Shown here: piece by piece, positions 51,134 to 64,000 of the stretch
Layout: every line of letters begins with the position of its first letter
How positions within the stretch are numbered: position 1 is the first letter of the stretch
From: Haliotis rubra
Lineage: Eukaryota
Length of the DNA: 64,000 nucleotides
Assembly: GCF_003918875.1 (NCBI RefSeq)
Contig: NW_025765461.1
Location: 62,001 to 126,000, forward strand
Reading direction: 5' to 3'
Position numbers and translations under genes: made by a program
The notes under the pieces: generated by a model
Told to the model about the DNA's origin: nothing
The model's database searches: none
The model's input: only the letters and a program-made list of their open reading frames with translations

Positions 51134-52322
51134 TATCAACATTGAAACACTCAGCTTTGTCAGCGATCTCGAATCTTGAAGATTTCTACGTTACTTACAG
51201 TGAGGTGACAAAGTTGGACTATACTTGTTCCAAGGATTGACTAAACTAAAACGCATTGCCCTGAAACATAATAAGATCTCCCAGATAAACACTGGCATCT
51301 TCCATGGCTGAAATGATGTTGTCTTCGTGGATCTGACTGGAAACACGGGATGTAAGATCGCCGATGACGCATTTGCATCCTTGAAGAACCTGCATGATCT
51401 ATTTCTGGGTGACCCTAACCTTGGACGTGCTTCCAGTGCCATGTTCACTGGGTTGACAAATCTCAGAAACCTTGATCTCCATGGAAACAATTTTGAAAAG
51501 GTATCTTTGCAATTATTTCAACATTTGACAAGCCTTAAGACTCTAGATCTGTACGACAATAAATTAGCAACTATTCCAGATTTGTTCGAGCTGATCTTCC
51601 AGAAGCTGCAGATCATCCATCTTTCAGACAACCCCTGGAGATGTACATGCGACATTCAGTGGCTGAAGAACCTCAACCAGAGCGTGATGTACTCCGTGTA
51701 CTCGGGCAATGTTCCGGTATGCGCTGCTCCAAGTGTACTGAAATACCATACGATTTACCATGCAGAAGATAAGGACTTCACTTGTATTCCCCCCCCCAAA
51801 TTCTAAAGTGCGGGGATCTCTATACCGTGAAACAGGGAGATCTTCTACACATTTCATGTCAGATTGAGGGTGATCTGTTTCCGAATGTGACCTGGATGAG
51901 ACCCGACGGGACCATAATCTCAGCTTCAAGTGTCTCCATCTTCGACCCCCGGTATACGACAACAAGGGATGTCAGCACTGTTTTGACTGCTGAGGCTTCT
52001 TATGACGGGTTATGGACAGTTCAGGCTGCCAACGATAAAGGAAAGGACGAGAAAACATTCCGTGTTCATGTTCAAATTCCCCACAACTACGTCAACGACT
52101 ACAACTGCAACTCCGGTGGAGTCAGCTGACGTTCTTGGCAGCGGGTTCCTGGTGGCGGTCGGCGGGTTCGGGAGCACGGTGCTCCTTGGACTGATTATAT
52201 TTGGAAGTGTGGTGTGCTGCAGTCAGGCTAAGAAAGGCCAGGTGGAACCGACCGACACCATGGAGTCTTTGAAGAAAGAACACATTGACACAATAACATT
52301 TATTGTTACACCACCGACTTAG
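51134..52322 (+). pseudogene. 5'-truncated, frameshifted copy of the LRR-Ig-TM gene
   Basis: Homology starts at tatcaacattg (equivalent to 21817), so signal peptide and LRRNT are absent; -1 at about 51222, +2 at about 51790, +1 at about 52080. Confidence 0.88.
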
Positions 52323-54909
52323 TAGTGCGATGAGGATAGGTGACTTGTTGTATTAAACTGGGCTTGGATTTGGGCCTCTTGTCATGGGTTCGAGCCCCAG
52401 ATTGGAACTGATTATGATTCGTCGTGATTCAGCAGCAGGTTCAGATAGGTGGTAGTCGTTTACACTTCTGTACATTAACTTGGGGATTAACTGAAATATT
52501 ACGGAATATATGCAACTAACGAAGGCAATGCAAGACATGATTGTATGAAATTTAATATTTTAAAATATTTGTTCCGCCCTAAAATATATGGAACATAACA
52601 TGCATCATGCTTTGTTATTTTTAGGACGTTCGTATGAAAATTGCAATTACAAACCCTTTTAAGATCAAGCTGAATGAAACTGAAAGAAACACATAATTCT
52701 CGTCATTACGTTCTCAAAACAACCCGTTGATAAGTTCTACTGAAAAGAGCCTTATAGGGTAAAGATGTACCCTGAACAACGGTACACGTGTTACAGCAGG
52801 TCTGGCTCTGACCCCAACCTCTCCAAGGTGTTTCACCAATGTCTGGTTTGATGTCTTTGGCAATCCCAGAATCTGCTGTAGTCGATGATTCAGCTGTGTA
52901 GCCATGGTGGAGATAGGGTTGTCACAGGATGACGTTGTGACGCGGGATCAGTCTGATTTAGGTCGGTCACGTGACGTACCATGCCACAGGTTCACTTACC
53001 AAAGTGTAGACACACCGAATGCTCTCGCCACGATTCTATTTCTTCCAGTCATGCAGCAAGTTTGCATAATGTTTTTTAGTTGGCTTTGACTTTTTTTAAA
53101 GAGTTAACAGTTATGGTGGGTTATTAATTTGGTCGTTGATGAGTACTGATGATTCCAAAAATACCATTGTTGTTTTGGTATCAGATGGCATCAGATAATG
53201 CTTCTTATATAGCATATGCTCTGATGTAGATAAAAAAAATTCCTTTGTGTTTCACTCTGCAGGATTATTGATTACCCGAACCAGTGAAGATCCGGGTTAG
53301 AACTGGTTTTCAGTAACCCATGCTTGTCGTAAGAGGCGACTAACGGGATCGGGTGGTCAGACTCGCTGACGTGGTTGACACATGTCATCGTATCCCAATT
53401 GCGTAGATTGATGCTTATGATGATGATGACGATATTGTCAGGCCCAGACACGATAATGTACAGACCGCCCTCATATAGCATTGATATTGCTGAGTGCAGT
53501 GTGACGAACCAACAAACCAACGAAATAGTTTCCCGGACATGTCTCTAAAACAGCTGTGATGGAGTTATCTTGGATACTTCAGACAATCGTTTTTATCGGT
53601 CCATGAGTACTTTTTAGCTTGCAGCATGTGTGATATATGAGATATATCCAGTGAGATATCGATCAAATACAAAGGTTTTAGCAGCACCGTTAGTTATATA
53701 TACCCAAGATGTACAATGCGATGTTCTACTGTGTGGTTGCAATATAGGTACAATGTCAAGATGTTTGTTTGAAAGGACTTGGACCTATATGTCTCAATAC
53801 AGATATTTTTAAATAATAGAATAACAATGATATAGATTCATTAGACATTTTATTCATGTACACAATGTCTAAATGTGTGCCACATGTGCAAATGGTGACA
53901 CACATGTTCTCTATGTGACTTAAATTTCAACTGAAGTGGTACAACGAGGCTTTCAAACTGACAGCGGTACAATGAGGCTTTCAATCTGACCGTGGTAAAA
54001 CGAGACTTTCAATCTGACAGTGATACAACGAGGCTTTCAATCTGACAGTGGTACAACGAGGCTGTCAATCTGACAGCGGTACAACGAGGCTTTCAATCTG
54101 ACCGTGGTACAACGAGACTTTCAATCTGACAGTGGTACAACGAGGCTTTCAATCTGACAGAGGTAAACTGTATATCATCATGATTTTACAGGTTTTTGTC
54201 TCACGATACGACTAAATTACAGCGGACGTTAACATCCAGATCAGTGCCTTACCGATGTAACACACTACAGTGGTACGGTGTAATATTAAGCATTGAAATG
54301 TGTGTGTCTTTCATAAGATTGAATATAATACTATTTGCAGCCATTATGGCTTACAAGGGAACATAGTATATACAGGATATGTATGTATGTCATCTAGACG
54401 TACAATACACATACTAGCATTGCAAGTTATGTATAATAAACTTACAGATGTTACTGATACAACCAATATGGTTTACAGGATCACAGTGTATATGATAAAT
54501 ATACATGTGTATACGTTATATAAGGCAGGACAATATATACTAACATTGCAAGTTATGTATAGTATACTTACAGTTGTTATTGATATAGCCAATATGGCTT
54601 ACAGGAACACATGGTATATGATAAAGATACATGTGTATATGTTATACAAGGTGGTAGTACAAAATATACTAACATTGCAAGGTGTTATGTATAATATACT
54701 TACAGTTGTTATTGGTATAGCCAATATGGCTTACATGGGTACATAACATATGCTAATATACATGTGCAATATATTTATACTAACATTGCAAGTTATGGCT
54801 AGGGAATGTACAAATGTCTTAGACTTGAGCCAATATGGCTTACAAGGTATCCCTAACTGGAATATGCGTCCATTTTAAATGGACACTGGGTTCACACATT
54901 ACACAGGGT

Positions 54910-56593
54910 TCACAGTTTTCTGGTGCCCTTGACCCCGATGGGATGAAGAAGCGGGTACTTCCTGCTATCAGGTTTCACTCTTCTTCTTGTGCGAGTCCGA
55001 TGAGAGCCACCATGCTTGATGGTCACGACATCGCAGTCCCCGGGAGTCAAAGGCTTATGACGGCCCGCAGCTGACAAGATGGAAACATGTATATAAACAA
55101 TTTGAAAATACTCAATGTCTATATGTTGGTTAATGGTTCATATATTTTACTCTTCTTGAGTGAGTGAGTGAGTGAGTGAGTGAGTGTTAGTGGGTGAGTG
55201 TGTGGGATGAAACTGGATTAAATCAATGGTCGATCATCTGAGCATCAATTCCTAGTTTTGGATTACCATGACAAGGATTTTCTTTGAGGGTCCCTTGGAC
55301 TCATACTCTGAATTTTCAGGGGTCCTGGACTACAAAATGGGGGTCCCAAACACTTAAATAGCATTATTAATACAATGTTGTAACATGGTTGTAATTCGGT
55401 TACTGTTATTGTATTGTGTATCATGATCATGACATTGTTACAGTAATTAAAATGCAAATGATACAACAGCCCGGCTAGTAGCAGACTCAGTGATAACGTA
55501 TTGTGACATGATTGAAATTTTACTAAAAGTATTTAGACTTTGTTTAAAAAGACCAAACAAAATACTCATCATTATTAAGAATTTGAGAATTTCAAGCTAG
55601 GAAAACAAAAGCTTGGCTCGCCGGAGGGTATTGTTTGAAACATTACATGTTATCCTTTTAGAAAATACATTATAAAGACAGTAACATTTTATATTAGTGT
55701 GCCCTATGTATGATGTTTTCACACACAAATATTTTTCAAATACCATTTTTAAAAACAAAATGTACACTCTCTCAGAACATTACCACAAACTTCTATATCT
55801 TTATTATTGTCATGTTCTTGGCTCGGGGAACCCATGCAAAACGTTTTATGCTAGACACATACGCTACTGTTATGTGCGATATAGTTCTAAGATGTCATCC
55901 GTCCATGGCAACACTACACAATATCTTGTTACTGTGCCACCTCTTCGTATATGATACATGTATCTACACTGTACTTGGGCCGTTAGCCTTGTTGATTTAT
56001 TATTTTACTTTACTAACAGTGTAACATAACTGACAACGCCAGACGCAAAGTGCCCTCCGTCCATAGCAACACTTACCTTTCTTACTGGAGCCGGAAGCAG
56101 CTGGCAGCAGGACAGATCTGATCACGTGACAGTGTCGTGACCGGAAGTTGTCAAATGTCTGTCGTTCACAGATCCGTGGCGACTTGTGGCGACAGTGGGT
56201 GACAATCTGGTTGTCAGGTCCCCTCTGTTCGCAGACAAACACCCGGGGCCTGCCGTCACACCCAGGGGGGACGTACACGACGACCGTGTCTCCTAGCAGT
56301 ATGTTCATGGGGAGTTTGTCACCTAAGTATACATATACAATGTTGTTGTCCCCGAGTTGTACAATAGTTGTATTGCTAAGGCTAGCATTGGAGTCTTTCT
56401 TTTGAATAAAAGAAATGGTGTTTCTATTGCGCCCGATTTGTACAATGCGCCGTATATCGATTTGAGGACGATTACAGAGACGCTTCTTACAGCTCTCTGG
56501 CTTTTGGTCAGATTGTAAAGACTGGTTGGCATGTTTCAACTTTCCTTTTCTACCTTTCTCTGATCGTAAAAGACGTGTATTTTGGGCATTCAT
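54910..56593 (-). CDS. Tandem-RHIM protein, copy 2 (join 56593-56077, 55070-54910; about 225 aa from the downstream ATG)
   Basis: IVQIGRNRN (56443-56432) and IVQLGDNNIVYV (56362-56351); same splice sites; the upstream ATG is out of frame because of a C8 versus C6 run at about 56656. Confidence 0.65.
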
Positions 56594-57159
56594 ATGCTGA
56601 GAACTGCACTCTAAGTGTTTGTTTGGCTCGAAGCCAGACGGTGCGACGTGGTACGCCCCCCCCTAGCTTCAGACATGGCCCCGGAGTTTGAACAGATACC
56701 TGGTTCATATGTCACCACTCGCCGTTGTCTCTGGGATGAAATGTAGAAAGAATTATATCAGCTTTACAAACGATTTCATAGAATAGTAACTTATATTGCA
56801 TACCAGAGCCAGAGAGGTCTTGCGAAGGACATCCAATACTCTGATTGAAGTAAGTCACTCTATAATTCTTAGAAATCTACGTACATTTTTACCCTTAATA
56901 CAAACGTACACACGTAATTTGACCTGTATAAATTACATGTTAAAAAGGCAGCAACCAGGACAGACATGAGTTCACTTCGTCAGCTGTTTGCTGCAGTCTT
57001 TGCAGTGGGTCAATCAATATACGTATTGATTTGAGTTATGCCGTAATGCTATATGTGTATGTATACGTGGCTATATGAGAGTTGCCGTGTCCTCACATGT
57101 GTTTGTGACGAGTGCCAGGATACGCTGGAAAACTCCATATGCCAACACAGCTTGATAGT

Positions 57160-57612
57160 CAGTGAGTTTACTTTTACGCCGCATTTAGCAGTATTCCAGC
57201 AATATCACGCCGGGGGACACAAGAAATGGGCTTCACACGTTGTTACCATGCGGGGAATAGAACCCGGGTATTCGGCGTGAAAGCTTTAGCTACTAGGCTA
57301 GCCCATCTTCCCCAATTTGATAGTGAGCGAGTGAGTTTAGTTTTTCGCCGCTTTTAACAGTATTCCAGCAATATCACACCGGGGGACACAAGAAACGGGC
57401 TTCACACGTTGTTACCATGCGGGGAATAGAACCCGGGTAGGCTACCCCATCGTCCCCAATTTGATGGTGAGCGAGTGACTTTAGTTTTTCGCCGCTTTTA
57501 ACAGTATTCCAGCAATATCACGGCGGGGAACACAAGACGTGGGCTTCACACATTTTACTCATATGGGGAATCGGGCCTTCCGCGTGAACGCTGTAGTCGT
57601 CCCCAGTTTGAT
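57160..57612 (-). mobile_element. Three tandem SINE family A copies
   Basis: gtgagtttagtttt..cgccgc..agcaatatcac x3, separated by aatttgat.gtgag. Confidence 0.85.
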
Positions 57613-58452
57613 AGCGAATCATTGACAAATGCTCTTGTTATAGTGATAAGGTGGGGTCGGCCTTAGGGTAGATTTCACAGGATAACAGAAATATTGTTTT
57701 GCTGTTGTTCAATATTTGTGTGTTTCCTTGTAGAATTATTGAAGGTAACCTTCATGGCGGATTCAGTCTTGGACAAGCTGGGAAAGTAAAGTGAAGAAAG
57801 TGACACCTACCTGTCCTGACTACCACAGAGCCTGGTCGAAACAACCTTAGCTGCAAACCCCGTGTTGAATAAAACACGCAATAAGTGCGATGTCAGCTCT
57901 TATATACTGTCCTGTTTCTAACAGCTTCGTCATCGTTAACCAATCAGCTAGGTGCATTCCGAAGTGTGCGTGTTACTGTGCAGGCTTGCAACATGTCACC
58001 TGATGCTATCGATCTCAAGCTTCGCAGATGCCAGCCATTGAACATAATCAGTATTGTCATGCTGCATTTGTCCTTGTCGTTTCTGTTCATACCTTAGCAA
58101 CACATTAGTGACAATCAGTAAATAATGGAGATAGGTAAAGATTTAACACATGTGGTGTTTTAAAGGACTGCCCTTGCTTTTAGGGGTCCCGGATGCTTGC
58201 TGTACCTTCAGTCGGAATGCAGATAACGAACGAACTAGGAGGTGGTCCCTATTTGTTATTACCGTAGTAAACTCGATTAGATCAGCGACATTACTAAGAA
58301 AAGCTGGTATGTTTTAATTCCTTGCATTTTAATTGCCACAGTTTGACTGACAGTATGAGCGATGACACTTAATAGGTCACGGTGACAGTAACTATCTAAA
58401 AGATCCCGACGACTAGATGCCACTGGCAGACTCCTAGGTATGTCGTACTTAC

Positions 58453-58787
58453 CAGGGCTGGGACGGTTGGGTAATGAGTTGGACCCGGGTACCCGTCTCC
58501 ATACCCGGACCCGTTATGATCATGTGACGAATAGATTAAACAATGTGATATGTTATTCTCTCATTATCGAAAGTCTGTATTGTCTTTGAACATTTAGACA
58601 TTATTTACAGTCACTAGTTTTGAATATAATACATGATTAAAATACTGAAAAACTCGAAATTTTAGCTTCCGAGATAAAGAATATGTTGTCATTTCTGACA
58701 AATTTGATGTCAGGAATTAACATATTGGGTATCCGGGTAGGGTAGGGTAATAGGGCGGGTAGAAAATTTGGACTCGTCCCAGCCCTA
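58453..58787. mobile_element. hAT-type MITE
   Basis: TIRs cagggctgggacg / cgtcccagcccta; 8-bp TSD gtacttac at 58445-58452 and 58788-58795. Confidence 0.85.
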
Positions 58788-60879
58788 GTACTTACCAAAC
58801 CCGTTGATCGGTGGGAGAGTTTGTTGTATCGGAGCCCGAGGCGGGTGGTTCCACTTGCAGGGTATTGGGAATAATGTGTGTCTGGGTTATGGTCCGTTAC
58901 GTATATTGTTAGGGTATAGGGACATTTAAGCTATGTCTACAAACGTGTGCCACATGGACCCACCCGATCGACTGGTTCCGCTCAAAGTTTCATCCTGCCA
59001 CCAAGGGGTGGTACAGATACCCGAGGATCTGCTGCTAAACCACATCTGACTATAAAGAATAATGAATAAGTCTGTGTAAATTATGTTCGTGTGTTTACAG
59101 CTGGTTGACGGCGTTCTGTAAATAATCGGGGCTGGACCAGACAATCCTGTGATTGACATCATGAGATAATGACTCGTGTATTTAGGAGGAACAGCTGGGA
59201 ACATCTGGTCCATACTGATAGTTCGAACCCTGATTTGATTATGATCCTTGGTTAGTTTGTCGCCACCATGCATGTGGTCAGGAGGTTCACTAAAACAGGC
59301 AACCGACCGTGACTAAATGGCAGCTGACACGTGAAGCTGATATGCCGCCATGTTTGTCAAATTCTGTTTTGACGTTTTAGATTCGAAATGACTGCATCTT
59401 TTCACCACTGAAAAAGAATCCAGACTTTGTTATGCATAATAAAGATTACTCTGTTCATCATATTGAGAGATCCTTAAACATATCTAAATATTATCATGCA
59501 CATATCATAGACAGAAAGGCTTTTTTTCTTCGACTGTTTTATTGTGAGATACAACGGTATAAAAGGTTACAATATACTGTTCATTGACATGCTGATAACA
59601 GTACATGCTCGTAGATATGAAAAAAAATACTTGCTAAACAAGTGGACGTGTCTACAAAATTCCTCTTTGAGGATTCGGAATCTGTTCCGTTGCTAAATAA
59701 TGTGTTATTTAACAACCGGAATACAATGCAAGCACACGCAGTGATGTAGACGATGCGGCTTACACTTATATTCCATACTGGAATATGTTAACCCACCCTC
59801 CTGACCCACAAGAGCCGATCCCACCCAAACCCACCCATTCCCTCGTCCCCACCCCACCCACTCCACTCCCTCGTCCCCACCACGGCGTGCGCAGGTGAAA
59901 TGATGCAGGGAACTAGTGACAGTTGTTTCAGTTGAAATAGGAGTGCGACACACTCATTTTGTTTAATATTTTAAAAATAGAATCTAGAGTGAATTCTGTC
60001 CTGAAGAAAAAAATATTTACGAGATTCATGTTCAACTGAGTGATCTAACTTATTTGTAAACTATATTTGCAAGTTTAACATTTTATTGGAAGATATTCAA
60101 GCAAAATGTTGAACTTGTGAATATGGTTTACAAATAGGTAGCTCACTTATTTGTACGTGAATATTTTTCGGAAGGTATGCCTTCAATCTGAATTCTATTT
60201 TTAAAATATGCAAGTTAGCTATGCAAGTTATGTATAGTGAATGTGCAGTTTTCATTGATATAACAAATATGGCTTACAGGAACACATGGTATATAAGTAA
60301 TATACATGTGCATATGTTATACAAGCTGATAGTACAATATACATATATACTAACATTGCAAGTTAGGTATAGTGAACTTACAGCTGTCATTGATACAACC
60401 AATATGGCTTACAGGATCACATGGTATATAAGTAATATGGATGACTATATGTTATACAAGCTGAGAATACAATATACATATATACTAACATTGCCAGTTA
60501 GGTATAGTGAATGTACAGCTGTCATTGATACAACCAATATGGCTTACAGGAACACATGGTATATAATTACTATACATGTTTAAATGGTGTACAAGCTGGC
60601 AGGACAAAATACAGTCGAGCACCGTTGTGTGGAACTCTGATAACTCGATATCTCGGTTGTCTAAATATAACATCTCGGCCCCGGCAAAATCCTTCATAAT
60701 TTATCATTATTCAAGCTCTTTTAACTCGTTACGGATGTCTCGATATAATTTCATGGTCCCAACAAGCAAAATTACCCTTTTAAGTTGACATATATACTAA
60801 CATTGCAAGTTATGTGTATTAAACTTATACAAGCTGACAATACAATATGTACATTCTAACATTGCAAGTTATGTGTATT

Positions 60880-62175
60880 ATACCCCACTTCCGGTCTCGT
60901 TGCCATGGTTTCCTTTGTTAAAAGTGTAGGTGTATTGACCGGTACACCTGTCAAAAGTGTAGGTGTATCAATGATACACCTACACTTTTTCACTAGGGTA
61001 TACCGAAGCAATAAAGACACAACAAACGGCGAAATATAATTTTATTTCAATGGACTCACATTGAGATTTCGATTGTTTCAAAATCTTCCTTATCATCCAG
61101 GTCGAAATGTGACACTAACGAACTGTCAATTTGAGAAAGAAAATCCTCTGTCCACTCTTCAGCATCCATGGCCGACGAACGTGTGATCTTCCAAATGTTT
61201 TCTATGCCACATGCGAGTCAGAGAACGCATGCGCATTGGTCTGCCCCATACAAATGTCAATTATCAGTAATATTTCGCATATTTGGGGCTACTTGAAATC
61301 ATTCTCGCGCCCGAACTGGTTTTAAAATCGTGTGAAATCGTGCAAGCCCGTGCATGCACGTGCAATCGACTGCTTATAGTCTGTTTGCAGTGAAAACGTA
61401 CCGATGAATATCACTTAAAAAAAGTAAATCAAATAAAGTGAAACTAAGGTGCAAATCCCCATAATTTTACATTGCCTATTGAACATTTAAATCTCAGAAT
61501 TATATTCAGCTTAGGATAAAAGTTATTTAACAAACGATCATAGTTTCAAAGCGCTGTTATTGGTTTGTATTACAAGGGGGTATGCGCATTAAATGAAACA
61601 CCGATAACATGTAGGTTTGGTCGAAGTTAACGCTCATTACGTACCGCACGGGCATTTGTTTCACTGTTCCAACTACTGCGCTTACCCCCTTAAAATTGTA
61701 ATACAAACCAATAATATTGATTTGAAACTATGATCATTTGTTAAACAAATTTTATTCTTAGTTGAATATAATTCTGGAATGTTCATTTGCCAAGGTCAGA
61801 TTATGAGATTCACAATCTTAATTTCACTTTATTTGATTACTTTTTTGTTTAAAGTGAAATTGATCGGTACGTTTTCACTGCAAACAGACTATAGACGCGG
61901 GACATTTGAGGGTCTTAACCAGTGGGCTAAAATAAATGAAACAGATGGAAAACAAATACATTTTTGTCATTCTTAGAATATAAAGTGTTATAGTAAACTC
62001 GTATCTCGACCAGAAGTGAGGTATAAGTCAATATATACCCACACTTCCTCGGTCAATCGCTCAATACCCTACTGTTTGAGTCGTCGTGGTCTCCTCGGCT
62101 AGCGCCTCGGAGGCCACACGACTCAAACAGTAGGAGTATTGAGCGACACACCTCGGAAAGTGTGGGTATATCTAA
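60880..62175. mobile_element. Palindrome-ended element containing a nested foldback MITE (about 61375-61893)
   Basis: IR ttataccccacttccggtc / gaccagaagtgaggtataa; terminal palindrome 62033-62171; nested inverted arms tatagtctgtttgcagtgaaaacgtaccgat. Confidence 0.7.
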
Positions 62176-62464
62176 TACTTAAACTCATACAAGCTGACAA
62201 TACAATATGTATATTCTAACATTGCAAGTTATGTGTATTAAACTTATACAAGCTGACAATACAATATGTACATTCTAACATTGCAAGTTATGTGTATTAA
62301 ACTTATACAAGATGACAATACAATATGTATACGTATATTCTAACATTGCAAGTTATGTGTATTAAACTTATACAAGCTGACAATACAATATGTACATTCT
62401 AACATTGCAAGTTATGTGTATTAAACTGACATAACCAATATGATCTGTTTGATTGGCATTTTAG

Positions 62465-63172
62465 AAGTTGATGGATGATAGAAAATACTTTATGGATAAC
62501 AACTTCTTTATTTCTTTATTATTTATACGTTTCGGTATATCAATGATGGCTGGAGTGCTCTGTTCTATTGCTTTTATCAGTTCATTGTAGGCGGATGGAA
62601 TGGGGTATCCTTGATCTCTGTTGATTGAGGGTTTGTGTCGGCGGATGCGGACGCTTGTCCCGTCCCATAAACCTCAGAATTAAAAAAAACACATAATCAA
62701 CTGTCCTAGTCACAACATCGAATGGAACAATGTGGAAATATTATTAAAAAACCTCCAGGACTTCACCAAAAGAAAACTGACAGAAGCAGTTCAAATCCGC
62801 CGACACAAGCCCTCAATCAACAGAGACCAAGGATACCCCATTCCATCCGCCTACAATGAACTGATAAAAACAATAGAACAGAGCACTCCAGCCATCATTG
62901 CTACTTAATCCCATATGCTTAATCCCTTGTTCCGCCTCCTGAACACTGCCTTCCTCCCTTTGTTATTGCATTATTACCTATTTCATTGTTGTTGTTGTTA
63001 CTCCCTTTGATGTACTCCCCCATGTTGTCTTACTTAATCCCTGTTATATGGATATAAGTCGGTTCTGTGCTGTATTACTTTACTTTTGCTTGACAACGGT
63101 ATAAGAAGCTATACCGAAACGTTGCATCATAATAAATGAAGAAGTTGTTATCCATAAAGTATTATACTTTTC
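62465..63172 (+). mobile_element. Penelope-like retroelement 3' remnant with an inverted partial copy
   Basis: HNIEWNNVEIL..KRKLTEAVQIRRHKPSINRDQGY (GIY-YIG C-terminus) at about 62710-62907; 62480-62650 is its reverse complement; hammerhead-like core at 63089-63126. Confidence 0.8.
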
Positions 63173-63217
63173 TAATAACCAAAATGACTTACAGGAACAA
63201 ATTTATGTAATAAATAT

Positions 63218-63432
63218 ACACTCACGGTCGAAAGAAACGTCACCTCGCTTTTTTAACATGTCACAAAACAACAAACTCAGATTTGGGAAATTTAAAAATC
63301 ATATGTGGAGAATTAATGGATTTACAACATTCTGAATGATGAAAATGTGAACTACAGATATGAATAATCACTTAGTGTGCGATAAAAGATAAAAATATCA
63401 TTTTGGTGACGTTTCTTTCGCCCGTGAGTTTA
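63218..63432. mobile_element. Tc1/mariner-type MITE
   Basis: TIRs cactcacggtcgaaagaaacgtcacc / ggtgacgtttctttcgcccgtgagt, TA-flanked. Confidence 0.75.
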
Positions 63433-63591
63433 CATGTGCATATGTTAGTACAATATGTATACTAGCACTGCAAGTTATGCATGTTAAACTTACAGCTGTC
63501 ATTGATACAACCAATATGGCGTACAGGATCACATGTATATAATAAATATACATGTGTATATGTTATACAAGCTGACAGTACAATATCCATA

Positions 63592-63966
63592 TTTATTACC
63601 TACGAGGGGAGAACATATCGGGGTTCATATTTTTCATACGATGCCCTAGGGCAAAATATCACTTTGTCATAGTGACGTGACATCATGAACAAGGCTATGA
63701 CGTCACGTTTCTTCTGTGACGTTGCGTCCTACATGCGGCGACGACGGGTAGCCAGCCTGTGTTTAAAAGTAGATTTGGGATTATTTTCCTCAATTTGACG
63801 ACTTCGGTAATAAACAGAATATTATATTCGTGCCCATATCATACTATGTTTACGACACTCGTGCCTAAATATCGGCATATCCCTCGCTCTCGCTCGGGAA
63901 ATACCAACATTTAGGCACTCGTGTCGTAAACATAGTATAACATGGGCACTCATATAATATCCTCTA
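63592..63966. mobile_element. Short palindrome-ended element
   Basis: IR tttattacc / ggtaataaa followed by a palindrome at about 63817-63965. Confidence 0.65.
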
Positions 63967-64000
63967 TATACTAACATTGCAAATGATGTATATTAAACAT

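Larger units (their letters stand above)
51134..60210 (+). repeat. Duplicate of 21817-29290 plus 32815-33825
   Basis: Collinear LRR gene, SINE, VNTR, satellite, RHIM gene and promoter; homology resumes at 59162 (equivalent to 32815). Confidence 0.95.
60210..64000. repeat. AT-rich satellite array (about 120-126-bp and about 60-bp units) broken by several insertions
   Basis: ctaacattgcaagtta units at 60210-60600, 60790-60880, 62180-62440, 63430-63590 and 63965-64000. Confidence 0.85.

Overview
Repeat-rich eukaryotic (animal) genomic DNA with two assembly N-gaps. The SINE families resemble, from recall, those of gastropod molluscs such as abalone; this is an inference. The one conventional intact gene is a plus-strand, single-coding-exon LRR-Ig-transmembrane receptor (21603-23003), with a 5'-truncated, frameshifted copy at 51134-52322. 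Around it lies a minus-strand cluster of orphan genes and pseudogenes, mostly built as non-coding exon 1 / intron / ATG near the acceptor / large exon. The strongest signal is RHIM amyloid-signalling motifs. A small spliced gene with two RHIMs (VQIGHN, LSNTTIVQLGHNNIVYI) occurs in two copies (26170-27723 and 54910-56593). A predicted 880-aa spliced protein (37030-33956) combines charged repeats, a RHIM-like motif, an array of LC8-type TQT motifs and a hydrophobic C-terminus. The LRR-Ig and RHIM genes are duplicated together, as either a segmental duplication or an uncollapsed haplotype. Mobile DNA includes a Polinton/adintovirus-like remnant (C2H2 finger plus A32-type ATPase), an internally deleted Harbinger whose second ORF starts with a histone-H3-tail-like sequence, a Tc1 remnant with nested insertions, a Penelope remnant, and many SINEs, MITEs and tandem repeats. 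All gene models are read from sequence alone and have no expression support.
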